Origin: Hemiscyllium ocellatum
Taxonomy: Eukaryota
DNA length: 64,000 bases
NCBI RefSeq assembly: GCF_020745735.1
Contig: NC_083420.1
Location: forward strand, 9,300,001 to 9,364,000
Direction of reading: 5' to 3'
Shown here: piece by piece, positions 1 through 13,227 of the stretch
Position numbering within the stretch: position 1 is the first letter of the stretch
Layout of the letters: each line of letters begins with the position of its first letter
Notes under the pieces: model-generated
Databases searched by the model: none
What the model was told of the DNA's origin: nothing
The model's input: the letters and a program-made list of their open reading frames with translations, nothing else
Translations under genes and position numbers: made by a program

Positions 1-539
1 GCATTGTTTTTTTATCCCAGGTAGGCAGGGAGTGAATTATAGAATTGGAGCCAATTTTATGGCACTGAAAAACTTTTATTTGAAGAGAACATTACAAAGA
101 TAAATCTCCAATCACAGCAACCACAGTTTCAATCTGTTTGGAACACCAGTGAGTCCATACTTAATGCTCACTACCTGGATTACAATTATTGCACTAAGTT
201 AGTATACAATTAATAGATGGGTTCTTAACTTTTTGGAGTCAGTTGACGACAGTTAACATGCATACCAAAGTGTTAACTTTTGTCAGGAAAGTTCATTATA
301 GGTATTTTTCAAATTAGGTTGATCTTTTTAAAGATTATTTTTGAGAGTGAAGTGGGCAAAAGTCGATTGAATTGAACCTTTTCTTCTTCTTCTGTAGTTA
401 TTGGTTGCCATTCAGTTTTGTGTATGACAAACTGGTGCTGAAGATCATCAAGAACTGCAGCTCTTTAATCCAATTAAAATAGGCTTTAGAAGGGACCTGA
501 AGGTACGAAACAAAAGCTGATGATATTCTTCTCTTGTAG

Positions 540-610
540 GCTGCCAAAGCCTCAGAAGGAGAGGGGAAGCAGAAATTCTTCACACAAGATGTCAATAATA
601 TTCTGCTTAA
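540..610 (+). CDS. UBN1: Ubinuclein-1 internal coding exon (AAKASEGEGKQKFFTQDVNNILL)
   Basis: ctcttgtag acceptor, gtaagt donor. Peptide matches the UBN middle-domain motif ..QKFFTQDINGILL. Ends in phase 2 and joins exon 2694 (AA+T=N). Confidence 0.93.
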
Positions 611-797
611 GTAAGTATAATCCAACAAACGTTGGTTTCCTTTGAAAAAAATGAGATGTTTTTAAAGAGTAGACAAGACTAATAGGTGTCTTAGAAAAAT
701 TGTGAAGGTGTAACAGATTTGTCCATCTGGGGAGTCCAAAGCTGAAGGTACAGAGCAGATCGTTATAAATCCGTTAAAGAATTTCAAGGGATGAAAA

Positions 798-1075
798 CTG
801 GATATAGGTTTGCTCGCTGAGCTGGAAGACTCATTTCCAGACGTTTCGTCACCCTACTAGGTAACCTCTTCAGTAGGCCTCCAGGCGAAGCACTGTTGAT
901 GTTGCTTTTTATTTATATGTTTTGGGTTTCTTTGGGTTGGTGATGTCATTATGAAGGCCCACTGAAGATGTTACCTAGTAGGGTGATGAAACGTCTGGAA
1001 ATGAACCTTCCAGCTAAGTGAGCAAACCTATATCCAGAACCTCAACCTGAGCTACAAATCTTCACAAAACTCGCT
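798..1075. mobile_element. Fold-back element family A (putative PLE pseudo-LTR derivative): ~85 bp inverted arms, each with a minimal hammerhead motif
   Basis: 798-883 is the reverse complement of ~952-1037. Related copies at 15218-15527 and 36820-36990. Confidence 0.75.
959..998 (+). ncRNA. Minimal type I hammerhead ribozyme motif
   Basis: CCA-CTGAAGA-T-GTTACC-tagtag-GGTGAT-GAAACGTC-TGG: both core boxes, stem II, and a 3 bp stem I. Confidence 0.65.
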
Positions 1076-1734
1076 GGGAGAAAAACTCTTGAGTGATTGC
1101 AAATAGCACAGATGCATTTAAGGGAAACTAAATAAGTACAAGTGGTGTACGCTGGTAGGATCTTTAGCAAAGTAAGGTACAAGGAGATTCATGTTTTGAA
1201 TAAGCACCAGCTTGATCAGTTGGGCTGATTGTCCTGTAAATTCCATGTAACTAAATTTAGGGGTGTTGAATTCCCATGAAAGAATAAAATAAACTCTCTC
1301 AGCCAAACACTTGGGCTGATTTTCAGTTTCATTAGATGTACAAACCAAAACTATCTTGCAATTTTCTATGCCTGCTACTACATGAGATCAGGTAAAAGTG
1401 AACAACGCATTTTTTTAAAAAATTGCTTTTCAAGTTAAATTTGTCGTATCATGTCCTGTGTACTTTGCCTCAACGCAGGCCCTTGGTTCGTTGTCTGCCA
1501 TCATCTTGAGTGGTTCCCCAGGCGGTTTTTATCAATGGTGGTTTGTAATTGCTTTTCATTCTCAAGGATAGGGCATGAAGGCAGGTCCTAAGTGTATTTC
1601 TGAAGAAATGAAGCCAAACTGGTGCTATTGGTTTTATTTTGAACCTGGAATAAATGTTGGCAATTAGCACAGAATTTAGTGAACCAAGAGTTCAAATTAG
1701 GGGACTCTCATCTGAAGTTTAGGAATCCCAAGGA

Positions 1735-1945
1735 ACTGGGGATGCTAGAAATCAGAAACAAAAACTTCAGAAAGTCCAGCAGGCCTGGCAACAAATGTAG
1801 AGAGAGCAGAATTAACATTAGTGTCCAGTGAGCCTCCTTCAAAATGTTTCTGGAGAAGGATCACTGGACCCAAAATTTTAATTTTGCTTTCTCTCTACAA
1901 ATACTGCCAGACCTACTGAACTTTACCAGTAATTTCTGTTTTTTT
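1735..1945. mobile_element. Degenerate fold-back element family D (PLE pseudo-LTR-like)
   Basis: Inverted arms around ~1845 (cagcaggcctggca.. versus ..tgccagacctactg). Eroded hammerhead-like motif at ~1850-1875. Confidence 0.55.
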
Positions 1946-2345
1946 GTGCAGATTAGGAATGTGGGTATGAAGGTCTGTGTGGTTAATGTAACCTTGTTGA
2001 AAGAGGCAAGCTATTCTCCGTCTGCATTTGTGATACCCCTTGCCAACACCTGAAGCTGTGCTCCAAGAGTGCATATTTGAACAATTTACTCTGGTTTTCT
2101 GCTGCAGTACATCATTCCTCATGCTACATGAACAAAGTGTCCCCTTGTATTGTTGCTTAGGTGATGCAAATAACAAGTCACTGAAGTGCTGGCAAAGCTG
2201 GGTTTTTGTCATCCAAGTACTTAGTGCAGAACAGAGAGCAGCTAAAGCATATAGATGAGCAAGTCTGTTTCCATTATTTAACCTGGCACTGGTTGAACTG
2301 TCAATTTTAAAATTATTTTATCTGCCAATGTTCATGTGTATTATT

Positions 2346-2562
2346 CATGATTTGGAGATGCCGGTGTTGGACTGGGGTGTACAAAGTTAAAAATGTCACA
2401 ACACCAGGTCATAGTCCAACAGGTTTAATTGGAAGCACACTAACTTTCAGAGCGATGCTCCTTCATCAGGACAATCACCTGATGAAGGAGCGACGCTCCA
2501 AAAGCTAGTGTGCTTCCAATTAAACCTGTTGAACTATAACCAGGTGTTGTGTGATTTTTAAC
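2346..2562. mobile_element. Fold-back element family B: ~85 bp inverted arms (2386-2470 and 2478-2562), 7 nt spacer, hammerhead motif in each arm
   Basis: Direct inspection of the inverted repeat. Partial relatives at 37731-37785, 46806-46843 and 47041-47197. Confidence 0.75.
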
Positions 2563-2693
2563 CATGTGTAATATGGTGGCATGAATGTGCCTTATCACAG
2601 AAATAGTATACTTATTTCTAATTTCTATCATGATGTGTCTGTAAGGATCTCAGTATGTACTTTTCATCTATTTTGATGTGTTTATGCTTTCAG

Positions 2694-2823
2694 TATTGAA
2701 CTTCAGTCCCGCGAATTGAATAGTCAGATTCGCTCTGGGGTTTATGCACATCTGGCATCCTTCTTACCATGTAGCAAGGACACTCTACTCAAAAGGGCAA
2801 AGAAACTGCACATGAATGAGCAG
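2694..2823 (+). CDS. UBN1: UBN1 exon ([43 protein letters not shown])
   Basis: tttcag acceptor, gtaact donor. Closely matches the vertebrate UBN1 segment [24 protein letters not shown]. Confidence 0.95.
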
Positions 2824-5794
2824 GTAACTGATTTGAAAATGAGTGTTCCAATGCAAAATCCATTACTGCAACTGTGACTGTTTAGAGTAAGGAAAAATCA
2901 TTTTGCATATGTTATTGCGTTCCTATTTTTAAAAATCTGGGGACGAAAGGTGTGTGATTGCAATTGCAACCCAAGTTGCAAATAACTGTGTCAAAGAATT
3001 AAGTTTTTATACTGAAGTTCTATTACTGGTTTTAGTTATTGATTGTAAGTTTTGTCAATACAATCTGTCTTTTTGCTAGTTCAAGGGTATTCTTCAGAAT
3101 AAATCTTCATTTTGCAGAAAGAATAGTTTACCAGTGAAGCACTTTAAGATTAATGCTTGGAAAGATTTACACTACATTATATAATGTTTAAATACTTTCA
3201 AAAGTAAATTACCTTTTTGATAGTGATGCAGGAGCAAGCATTTAAATTTTGAAAATACTATGTAGTAGCATAGTATCATAGTTACTTGATTAAAGTATTT
3301 ACTGGTTTTATGTTTAAGAATGCACAACAGCTCAGCCCTAAAGTTGTACAGTTCGCATGTGACCTCATCCATTTCATCTTTTCCAACACATTGCTGGATA
3401 AAGTCATCTTCAGCATATGTTATACGTTGTGATCTCCAATCCTTATAAATTCCTGAAAACTCATTCCTTTGTCAGCTTTATTTTGTCTGCTCCTATCACG
3501 TAAGGATGGCACAGTTTACTGCTATAATTAAGGGAACAAGCAATTTATGATCTTGTAAATGCCGCTGTGCTATTTCTGTTAAATTAACCTATTGATCACT
3601 CATGATTTGCTGGAACACTCCTATTCCCATAGGTTATAGAACAAATGGTTGTGTAACAAGTGGCTTATACACAGTATATGAGCTTATCATCAAGACTGGC
3701 ACTACGATGTTGCATTGTTGCGGATGTCCTCCATTGCACAAATGATTTCGACAAAGATTAAACAATTAGTTATGCGGTTCACATGAGTACAAAAGATCCT
3801 ATTGCAAAGAAGGAGGAATTTCCAGTATTCTGACATTTTTTTATCTATCCACAGTTTCTGCAGACCCAAAAACAAAATGACAGGTCCTTTATCTCATTGT
3901 AGTTGATAGGATTTGTTGGTACAGAATTGATAGTACATTTTCCAACATGAAGTCACTCCATTGCACAGAATGATTTCTTGCTTGAAGTACTTGGTGACAT
4001 GCGACTATTGAAAGAAAGCATGGGTTTCACAGTGAAACCTGATAAACTATCAGTAACAAGGCTATGTCAGAATTGTTGTTTGTAGAAACAAAAGTAGAGG
4101 TATGCAAGAGTGGAAGCAGAGCCCCTTTCAGTGATGTCAACATTGCGATGACACACTAGGTCTAAGATTGGAATCAAGTCAACTTTCACAGCAAACATAG
4201 TACTTGGGCACGTGAACCAGATCAGTGTTCAGCAAATCAAAGCAATTGTTTTACTACTTTGTCCATTCATGGGCTGTGGGCTGGCAGTTATCATTCATTC
4301 CTAAATGCTTCTGAGAGGTCGTGGTGAGCTGTCTTGAACTGCTGCAGTACTTATGGTATATGTATACCCACAACCCAGTGACCATGAAGGAATATTGATA
4401 TAGTATGAAGTCAGGATGGTGTTGTGGATTGGATGGTTATGGTTTGAAAGATGCTGTCAAAATACTCTTAGCACGTTAACTGAATTGGATCTTGTAGATG
4501 GTGCACACTTCTGCCAATGTATGTGGTGGTGAAGGGAATTCATGTTGAGGGTGGTGAATGGATTCAGTCAAGCAGGCTTCATTATCAGAAATCACTACTT
4601 GAGTATTGTTGGAGCAACATCTCAAGGAGCTGAATGGAGATTATTTCATCAAACCCCTGGTCTGTACTTTGATGGACCTTAGCCTGTGCAATTTGCTACC
4701 ACAGAAAGCAGTTGAGGCCAAAACATTGAAATCATACAATCAGGAGTGGGATAAAGCAGTTGGGGCGAAAGGGATCAGAGGGTATGGGGAGGAAAGGCAG
4801 GAACAGGCAATCAATTTGAATGATTAGCCATGAAAATGAATGACAGAGCAGGCTTCGAGGGTGAAATGGACTACTCCTGTTCCTGTTTTCTTTGTTTCTA
4901 TGGATAGACATCATGACGGTGAGTTGGAGAAAATACAGAATACAGGTTTTGTAGTTCCTCACTATTCTTGACCTATTCTTGTAGCCGTAACAATTAAACG
5001 GTTGGTCCAGTTCATCAATTTCTGGTTAATGGTTAAACCTCCCACCCAACATGTTTAAATTTCTTCAAAAATTGTAAATTGTGCTGAAATATGTGAGACC
5101 TGTGTCTCACCATGAAATGTTTAGATCTTTTATGTTGACTCAAGATGTAGTTTGAAATACAATAATGTCGTATTTGCAAATGACCCACAAATGTTATACC
5201 ACTCTTTAGAATGATTCTGCTCACAGCACCTTGCTGTACTTTGTTCAAGTTGCATCTGCATTTTCGGTCTTTTAAATATGAAAATTATGAAAGGTTCAGA
5301 GTAGGCAGTGCATTTTTTTATTCTGCCAAAGGCAGCATTGTATCATGCCATCAGAGAAAAACACAGTTTGTTTTTAAAAAGTTACCTGATATGTTGAAAT
5401 GTTCTTACTCCCTTCCATTCATTCTCCATTAGGTTTTATGGTTATACTGTGCCCTCATTGCATTGTAACCATTGTTCAAAGTTTGAGCTGGAGCTGAAGT
5501 GCTGATATTGAAGGATGAGATTAAATTACTTCTTCTATTAAGAAACTTATTTGAAAGTTCTTGTAGTTCAGGATATTATGAAAGTTGAAAGGATTAGAAG
5601 AGAAGCTTAGTCAGTTTGAGCATTTGTGATTTGATAAAGCCAAGTTTTAGTTTTATTCATATATTTTCATCTCCTGAATAAAAAGATTTTGCGCTCAAAT
5701 ACCACGTGAGGCTCTGAGTGCCCAAGTCAAGTTGCCATTCTGAGCAGTATCAAAGTGATTTTTTTTTTGAGCCTGCCTTAAGATGAGTGATTAA

Positions 5795-6190
5795 ATAGAA
5801 ATAAAAACAAAGATTGCTGGAGACACTCAGCAGGTCTGGCAGCATCTGTGCAGAGAAATCAGTACCCTTCAAAATGTCAACTCTGGTTTCTCTCCAGATG
5901 CTGTCAGACTGCTGAGTTTCTCTGGCAATTTCTGTTTTCACTTCTGATTTCTAGCATCGCGGTTCTTTGTGGTTTTTTGTTCATTGCCAAATTTACTTTT
6001 AGTGATTAATAAGAGATCTTGCTTATCTGCATTGGATGGGTGCTTAAGATCAATATCCCTGATTTCTTCTGAAGAAGGGTCACTGGACTCAAAACTTCCA
6101 CTCTGCTTTTGCTGTACAGAGGCTGCCAGATCTGCTGAGTTTTTCCAGCAATTTCTATTCTTGTTTCTGATTTCCAGCAACTCCAGTTCT
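5795..6190. mobile_element. Two adjacent family D pseudo-LTR-like remnants
   Basis: Inverted pair ctcagcaggtctggcagcatctg / cagatgctgtcagactgctgag. CTGAAGAAGGGTCACTGGACTCAAAA at ~6068-6093. Confidence 0.55.
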
Positions 6191-8369
6191 TTTTTTTAAT
6201 CCCTGATATTTTGCTTCATATTCCTCTCCAACCAACGCCAGAAGAATTCATTTGGTTTGTTTTTGCAGGATTTTTCTTTTCACCAAATTACAAATACTGC
6301 ACTCAAAATTGTGTGTGAAATGTTTTGAGGCAGGTGAGAAAACTAGAATGAAAGAGCTTGGTTCATGTAGCAACTTGCCCAAGCTCAGAGCATCCTTAAG
6401 TATTCACATCTAATTAATTCTGAAATATATTTGCTATTGTCGTGGTGATGACTTTGGCAGTTAAAGCCGTATAAAGGCTCCACACACACAGATGATTGTA
6501 CAAGATCATTTGTTTTTGTGATGCTGCTTGTATAAATAAATGTTGACTAAGTGCATGGAAAGGAATGCTCTAATTTTGTGCGATAGGATCTTTTATGTGT
6601 ATGTAACAGGGAGTTGGGACCATGGTTTTAATGTATTTTTTGAAAGGGATGACCTTCCACAGTTTCATACATACTCAGCCTAAATTTTGAGACATTTTAG
6701 CCAAGAGCGGTGCTGAAGAAATGACTTGTTGACTCCGAGTTTTATCACAAAGCCAGAGTGACAGTTGCATATTTCAGAGGTGTTAAGCTTTTGTTTAAAG
6801 TTTGAATGTTTAAATATTACAGCTTAAATTAGCGGTGTTCTGATTAAGCTGATGTTAAAAGAAAATACAAAATATAGGCTAATGGCAGCACCCTATATCA
6901 CAAATACAAAGATTGGAGTTCTTCTCAAGTTCACAAGTCATTCCAACTTTATTTGGAGAATATGGAAGTTTGTAGTAACACTGGAAATTGCCATCCATGG
7001 ATTTTCTATGTATAAAAGACAATTTGCATTAAGTAGTCACTCTCCGAGCAACAGCAATTGGTTATTTAATCCAGGTTTCATTCCTATTGGCAAAATTATT
7101 GTTCCATAATACGGGTGCTTTCCAGAAAAGCGATGAGTTTGTCCTGTCATTTCAAACATTCACATCTGCTGTCGAGGCTTATTTCAGAAATTCGTCAAAA
7201 TTGATTCTACATGGAAACATCAAATTTATCCTCAAATTTTATATCAATTTTCAGATATTTTAACAGTTCCCTATATCATGAGCTTATTAAAAGTATTGCA
7301 TTCATGTTGGGCTTGTTTAATTGTGCCACCCTTAAAGTGATCACGAGGAGATAAGATCATGCATACTTCATTTTTACAGTCTTCTCCTGATAATTCAATT
7401 GCAAGTTTTGTGCTAAAAAGGTGAAAATATCCAGTAATTTAAATCGAACAATAAATAGAAAGTAGTATTTTTGTGCTCTAATGATTTGTATTTTCACAAA
7501 ATTTGAATAAAGTAATTTTGAATTAAGAGGAGTGGACTATTGAATTCATGAACCATGGTCTGCCAGTGTAAGACCATGTCAAATCAGCAAACATAAATTG
7601 TCTTAAGTCCAGCTCATTTAATATGAATTATGATATGGTCCTCTTACATGACCAGTTTATATCCTGCTTTAGCTCCTATGTTGCTTTCTCCATAAAATAT
7701 ATTTTGGACAAAATCAAGGAGTAGGGGAAACGATCTCTATACTCCCCTAATTCTGATGTGGGAGTTCGGTTAAGCAACTAATTTTTTGTCCTCTTAAAAA
7801 ATTATTACAGACTGGGGAAAAATGGCTGGTAAAGACAGGTGAATGCTTAATGCAGGTGAGCATTTATATAGGTTTCACTGTCTATCATAAATAAATAAAT
7901 GGATTTTTCATGAAAATTTGTAATGTCATGTTTGCATTGATAGATATATCCTTTTTATTGTGATCATGAAACTATTGGCTATATGCAAGCTTCAGTCGAA
8001 ACTATTATCTGATTACACAGCTTTATATATTTTAAATTTTGTGTTTAGTATTCCAAGTAGAGCCATTTTCAGGTAGATTAGCCTCAGTTGTGCTGGTTAA
8101 TCTGACCTGTTTAATGAAAAATCGACATTTTGGATTGTCATACCTTCAAATAAATTTCTACCATTTAAGTGTTAGAACTCCTTGTAGTGACTGAAAAAAT
8201 ATACCACAATCACTGCAATTACAGGAGGAGAGTTCTATGCAGACTGTACATATCAAATTTGGTCAAATATAACAAGTATGCTGCAAAACCTTTCTAAAAA
8301 GAATGAATTTGAGGGGTTGGGGTGATCTATCATACTTTTTTCAGAATTCTGAACCCAGTGTATTAATCG

Positions 8370-8680
8370 AATCCCTTCAGTGTGGAAGCAGGCCATTTGG
8401 CCCAAAAAGTCCACACCAACCCTCAGATTATCCCATCCAGACCTGTTCCCATACCCTGTTACTCTACATTTCCCATGACTAATGCACCTAACCTACGAAT
8501 CCCTGGGCAATTTAGCATGTCCAGTTCACCTAATCCGCAAATCTTTGGACTGTGGGAGGAAACCGGAGCACCCGGAGGAAACCCACGCAGAGACAGGAAG
8601 AACGTGTGAACCCGAGGCTGGAATCGAACCTGGGTTGTTGCACTGTGAGGCAGCAGTGCCAGCCACTGAGCCACAATGCC
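8370..8680 (-). mobile_element. HE1-like (V-SINE) tRNA-derived SINE
   Basis: V-domain tctttggactgtgggaggaaaccggagcacccggaggaaacccacgcaga plus tRNA-like head. Confidence 0.85.
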
Positions 8681-8760
8681 AGATTGCCTAGGGTGTCTTG
8701 ATAAGTACTCAAATTAAGTGTAGAAGAGAAATGCAATTGCTTTTAATTTTTTTCTTGCAG

Positions 8761-8879
8761 GATGGCCGACTGAAGGAACCGATACACAAATTAAAAGAAG
8801 CAGTTGGGAAAGCAATGCCAAATCAAATAGCAAAGTATCAAGAAGACTGTCAAGCTCATAGCCAAGCCAAAATTGCCAA
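8761..8879 (+). CDS. UBN1: UBN1 exon ([39 protein letters not shown])
   Basis: Polypyrimidine tract + cttgcag, gtatgt donor. Lies inside ORF 8698-9159 and matches RLKEPLQKLKEAIGRAMP. Confidence 0.95.
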
Positions 8880-8949
8880 GTATGTGTCACATGGCTTAAC
8901 ATCAATTATATTAACATCTGTCATTGAAAACATAGGCCATTATAAAGGC

Positions 8950-10380
8950 AGTAATTTCAGGATGCTTAGAATAGCAAATGTTTTTGCCTTATTGAAGAAG
9001 AGTAGCAGGGATAATCCAGGAAATTACAGGCCTATGAGCCTCAAGACTGGTAGGAAAACTATTGGCAAAGATTTTCAGGGGCAAGATCAGAAGCAAATGA
9101 TCTTATTAACAATAGACGGTATAATTTTGTGCAAGGGAGATCGTACATTACTAAGTTGATCAAGTTTTTTTGAAGTGGTGCTGAAGATGATTATTGAGGA
9201 AAATGCAGCTGATGTTGTTTACATGGGCTTCAGTAAAGCCTTTTGCAAGGTCCCTCATGGCAGACTGGTACCGAAGGTGAACTCCTATGGTATCGGGGTG
9301 ACCTGGCACGATGCATACAGAACTGGCTTAATCATAGGAGACAGAGGGTAACAGTAGAAGGATGCTTTTTGGAATGGAGTGATGTGACTAGTACCATTCC
9401 ACTGTGATCAATGCTGGGGCCTATGCTGTTCGTAGTTTACATAAATAATTTGGAGGAAAATGTAGCTGATCTAATTAGTAAGTTAACAGATGTTACAAAG
9501 ATTGGTGGAACTGTGGTTAGTGAGGAGAATTGTCAGAGAATACCGATCAATTGGAAGCATGGGTAGAAAAATGGCAGATGGAGTTTAATCTGGACAAATG
9601 TGAGATGATGCATTTTGGAAGGTTAAGTACAGATGGAAATTATACAGTGCATGGCAGAACCCTTAGGTATATTGAGATGCAGAGGGATCTGGATGTACAG
9701 GTCCACAGATCACTGAAGTGCAAGTAGATAAGTTAGCAAAATAAAAAGGCTTATGGCATGCTTGCCTTCATTGGAAGGTGCATTGAATATAAGGATACAT
9801 GAGTAATGCTGCAGCATTATAGAACTTCAGTTAAGCTACACTTGGAATACTGCATGTAGTTCTGGTCACCAGACTGCCAGAACGATGTGGGTGTTTCAGA
9901 GAGATTACAGGAAAGGTTTACCAGGATGTTGCCTGGTACGGAGAATGTTTTCTATGAAGATAGGTTGGATAGACTGTGTTTGTTTTCACTGAAACGCAGG
10001 AGGATGAGGGGTGACCTGATAAAAGATTTTAAGATTGTGAATGGCCTGGATAGAGTGGAAAGTATGAGGCTTTTTCCCAGGGTGGAGGGATCAATTACTA
10101 AGGAACGCAGGTTGAAGGTGAGGTGGGAGAAGTTTAAAAGAGATGTGTGAAGCATGTTTTTCACACACCCAGTGGTGAGTGCCTGGAATGTGCTCCCAGA
10201 GGTGGTGGAGGAAACAGACACAATAGCAACAATAAGTACCTGGACAAATACGTAAATACAAAACAAATTTAGGAATACAGATCCTATAAGTGAAGACAGT
10301 TTTAGTATGGAAGGCAAAATATGTTGGCATTGGCTTGGGGTCCTAAAGGGCCTGGTCCTGTGCTATTTTGTTCTTGTTCT
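8950..10380 (+). mobile_element. CR1 LINE, decayed RT region and 3' end
   Basis: ORF fragments [28 protein letters not shown] and RFTRMLPG..LFSLKRRRMRGDLI, with many stops and frameshifts. Confidence 0.9.
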
Positions 10381-10389
10381 TAAATACAT

Positions 10390-12005
10390 ATTATAATCAA
10401 GTAGAGTCAGCATGTCTTCGTGAAGAGCAAATAATGTCTGGCAAATTCATGACAATTTTTGAAGAGATAATTAGCAGGATATAGGGGAACTGGTAGATAT
10501 ACTATCTTGAATTTCAAAAGGTGTTCGGTAAGGTACTATACATATCTCTGCTGAGAACCTGTGATGTTGGAGGGAGTATACAATCATTCCTCCGTATGTG
10601 TGAAGGTTCTGTTTCTGTAAAGCCTCACAAATGACAAAATTCGCGACTGTGGAGTTCATTAAAAATACAGGTTAAGAATCACTGATACGCTGCAGATGTT
10701 GGATTTTGTTGCTAATATTTTATGCAGGCAAGTGAATCTGAGAATTGTGAACTGATAGATATAGAGGATTTACTGTACCAGTGGGGAAAGAGAATTAATT
10801 GACTAATAGAAGGCAGAGAATTGGGATGAGGAAAGCATTTTTAGGAAAGAAATCTGTAACCAATGGAGTGTCATAGAAGTCAATGCTGAGGCCACAATAT
10901 GTATTAATGACTAGGATGGTGGAAATCAGTCTAAGCTTTGAGAGTGATACAAAATTTAAGGAAAGTAAAATCATGAGATTGATACATATAATTTGCGATG
11001 AATATAGGCAGGTTAAGTGAGTGATCAAAATCTTTAGCAGATAGAACACAGCATGGGAAAATGAGAGGTTATGTACTATGGCCAAAAGAGTAGAGGAGCT
11101 GAATATTATTTAAGTGAAGAAAGACTGCTGAAAGCTACACTACAAAGGGACTTTGGGGTCCTCGTGAATCACAAAAATCTAGCATACAAGTTCAGCATGT
11201 GAAACAAAGAAAATGGAATGCTGGCTTTCTCCACTAAGAGAATGGATTATAAAAATATGGAAGTCTTGTTAAAACTATATGTTGTGCTCAAGAAGAGAGT
11301 GGTGAATCTGTGGGACTCGTTGCCACAGAAGGCTGTGGAGGCGAAGTCATTGACGATATTTAAGACAGAGATAAGTTTTTTTTTGATGAGGGGATAAAAC
11401 TTGAGAAGGCAGGAGAATGGTGTTGAGAAATGTGTTAGCCATGATCAAATGGCAGAGCAGACAAGATAGGGTAAATGACCTGATTCTTCTTATCTAGCTT
11501 CTGGGCTTGTGGACAAGGAGGCCAAATTGGATCTCGAAGCAGATCTGGTCCTCGTCAGTTTTCTTTTTGTGTTACATTCAAGCAGGACTGAGATGCTGAA
11601 GTGGTTAAAGAAGAGCAGGAGGTTTATTAAGGTAAGTATTCATTCTGCAGCAGCAAAGTTAGACCAACTATTTCGCTCCAAAATGCTGACGTCCTGTCCC
11701 ATAATCAGACTCTTAAAGTGACAGCTGAACATAAATAAATGCACAACACTGTATAAGGTACAAGAACAATTTTGGTCCCCTTTTCTAAGCAAATGTATGC
11801 CAACATTGAAAGCAGGCCAGAAAGGTTTGTAAAGTAGATCAAGGGTATGGAGGGATTTTCTTATGAGCAGATGTGTAGATTGGGCTTGTACTCATTAGAG
11901 TTTAGAAGGGTGTGAGGCAACATTATTTTAACATACAAGTTTGTTAGGGTACTTAACTGGGTAGATGCTAATTTTGTTTCCATTGTAGGAAAGTCTAGGA
12001 CCCTA
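10390..12005 (+). mobile_element. Older CR1 LINE fragments, interrupted
   Basis: CR1-type RT nucleotide motifs and a 3' tail at ~11290-11500. Confidence 0.65.
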
Positions 12006-13227
12006 ATCTGAGTTGTTAACCTCTAGTATAGTCTGAAGGAATGCCTGAGACATAGTGGAGTGAGGAATGGGTGATGTATAAGTTAGTTGAGTTAATTGGG
12101 TATGAATTGGTTATGTATGTAGAGGAGCTAGTAATCATGGGGCAGGAAAGGTTTGTAGTGTTTGGCTAACTGAAGTAAAGCTGTAACATAAAAGTCGAGA
12201 CATTAATTCTGTTTAAGTTTTATCTTTTTGGAGTGAACTAAAAGTAAAGGTTTACCCATTTTGACATTTTTACATGGAGAAGTAAGATTCCAGATTGAAA
12301 TATGACTTAATTGATCATATTTTTTGTTTAGCTTTGGTTTTAATGAAGTTGTCTTTCACTGAAACACGAATGTAATGTTGCAGGTTTCGTTTTAACAATG
12401 AAGCAAGTTTATTATGCAAAAAAAACTAAAGATAATATGACTCTATGACAACTCATTTAAATATTTTAAACCACATTGTAAACTAGTGCCATTAAACTGA
12501 ATAGCACCCCATTGCAGTTTTCAAATATCAGGGGGAGAATTATCTTCTCTAACACACATTGTGTTTGATTTAGCTGTGGCTTTAATTGCATGATCTTGAG
12601 AATCTGAGCCTCTTAAGCTTTTCTTAAAAGACTAATAATTAAAAGCAAGTTTTACTGGACTGTGCCAAATCAAAAAAAGCTCCATATTGTGACATATGTT
12701 GCGAGTACTCCAGATAGGAGAAAGTATCTGTGAGTATGTCATGTAATTGATCGTAGACTCTCTCAGCTTCAAATAAGCCTTCAGCATTTTAACCACAATG
12801 CATAATTTCTGGAACTTTAAACCTATGCAACTTATTCTGAGGTAATCTATTTGTTGCGTGTCTAAAGCCATCCCCTTTTTATCAAGACCGACTTGTGCAT
12901 GTTCACCTTCAGACAAGGCTCGTGTAAAACTGCCAAAGTGAAAACAAAGAACCTCTGTTTTCCAGGCCTATGGGTGTTTCCCCTAACCAAAAGAAAATAA
13001 AATTAACCTTTTGATCTTCTAAACTGAAAGCCTTACGTACAGTTGTTTATTTTGTTGACTTGTAACAGCTCTTCCAGTTAAAACAAAACCCCATTACATG
13101 CAAGGAATACTCTTTCTGTTTTTAGATAGAAATTGCCAGTGCTAAAGAAATACCTACAAGTTAATCATTAAACCCCATCAGACTTACAAACCAAACCCAA
13201 ATACCACCAGCTCAAGCCCAAACTCAC

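Noticed and set aside
8880-9159. ORF 8698-9159 as a UBN1-CR1 fusion protein
   Set aside because: Chance read-through past a good donor at 8880 into decayed CR1 sequence.
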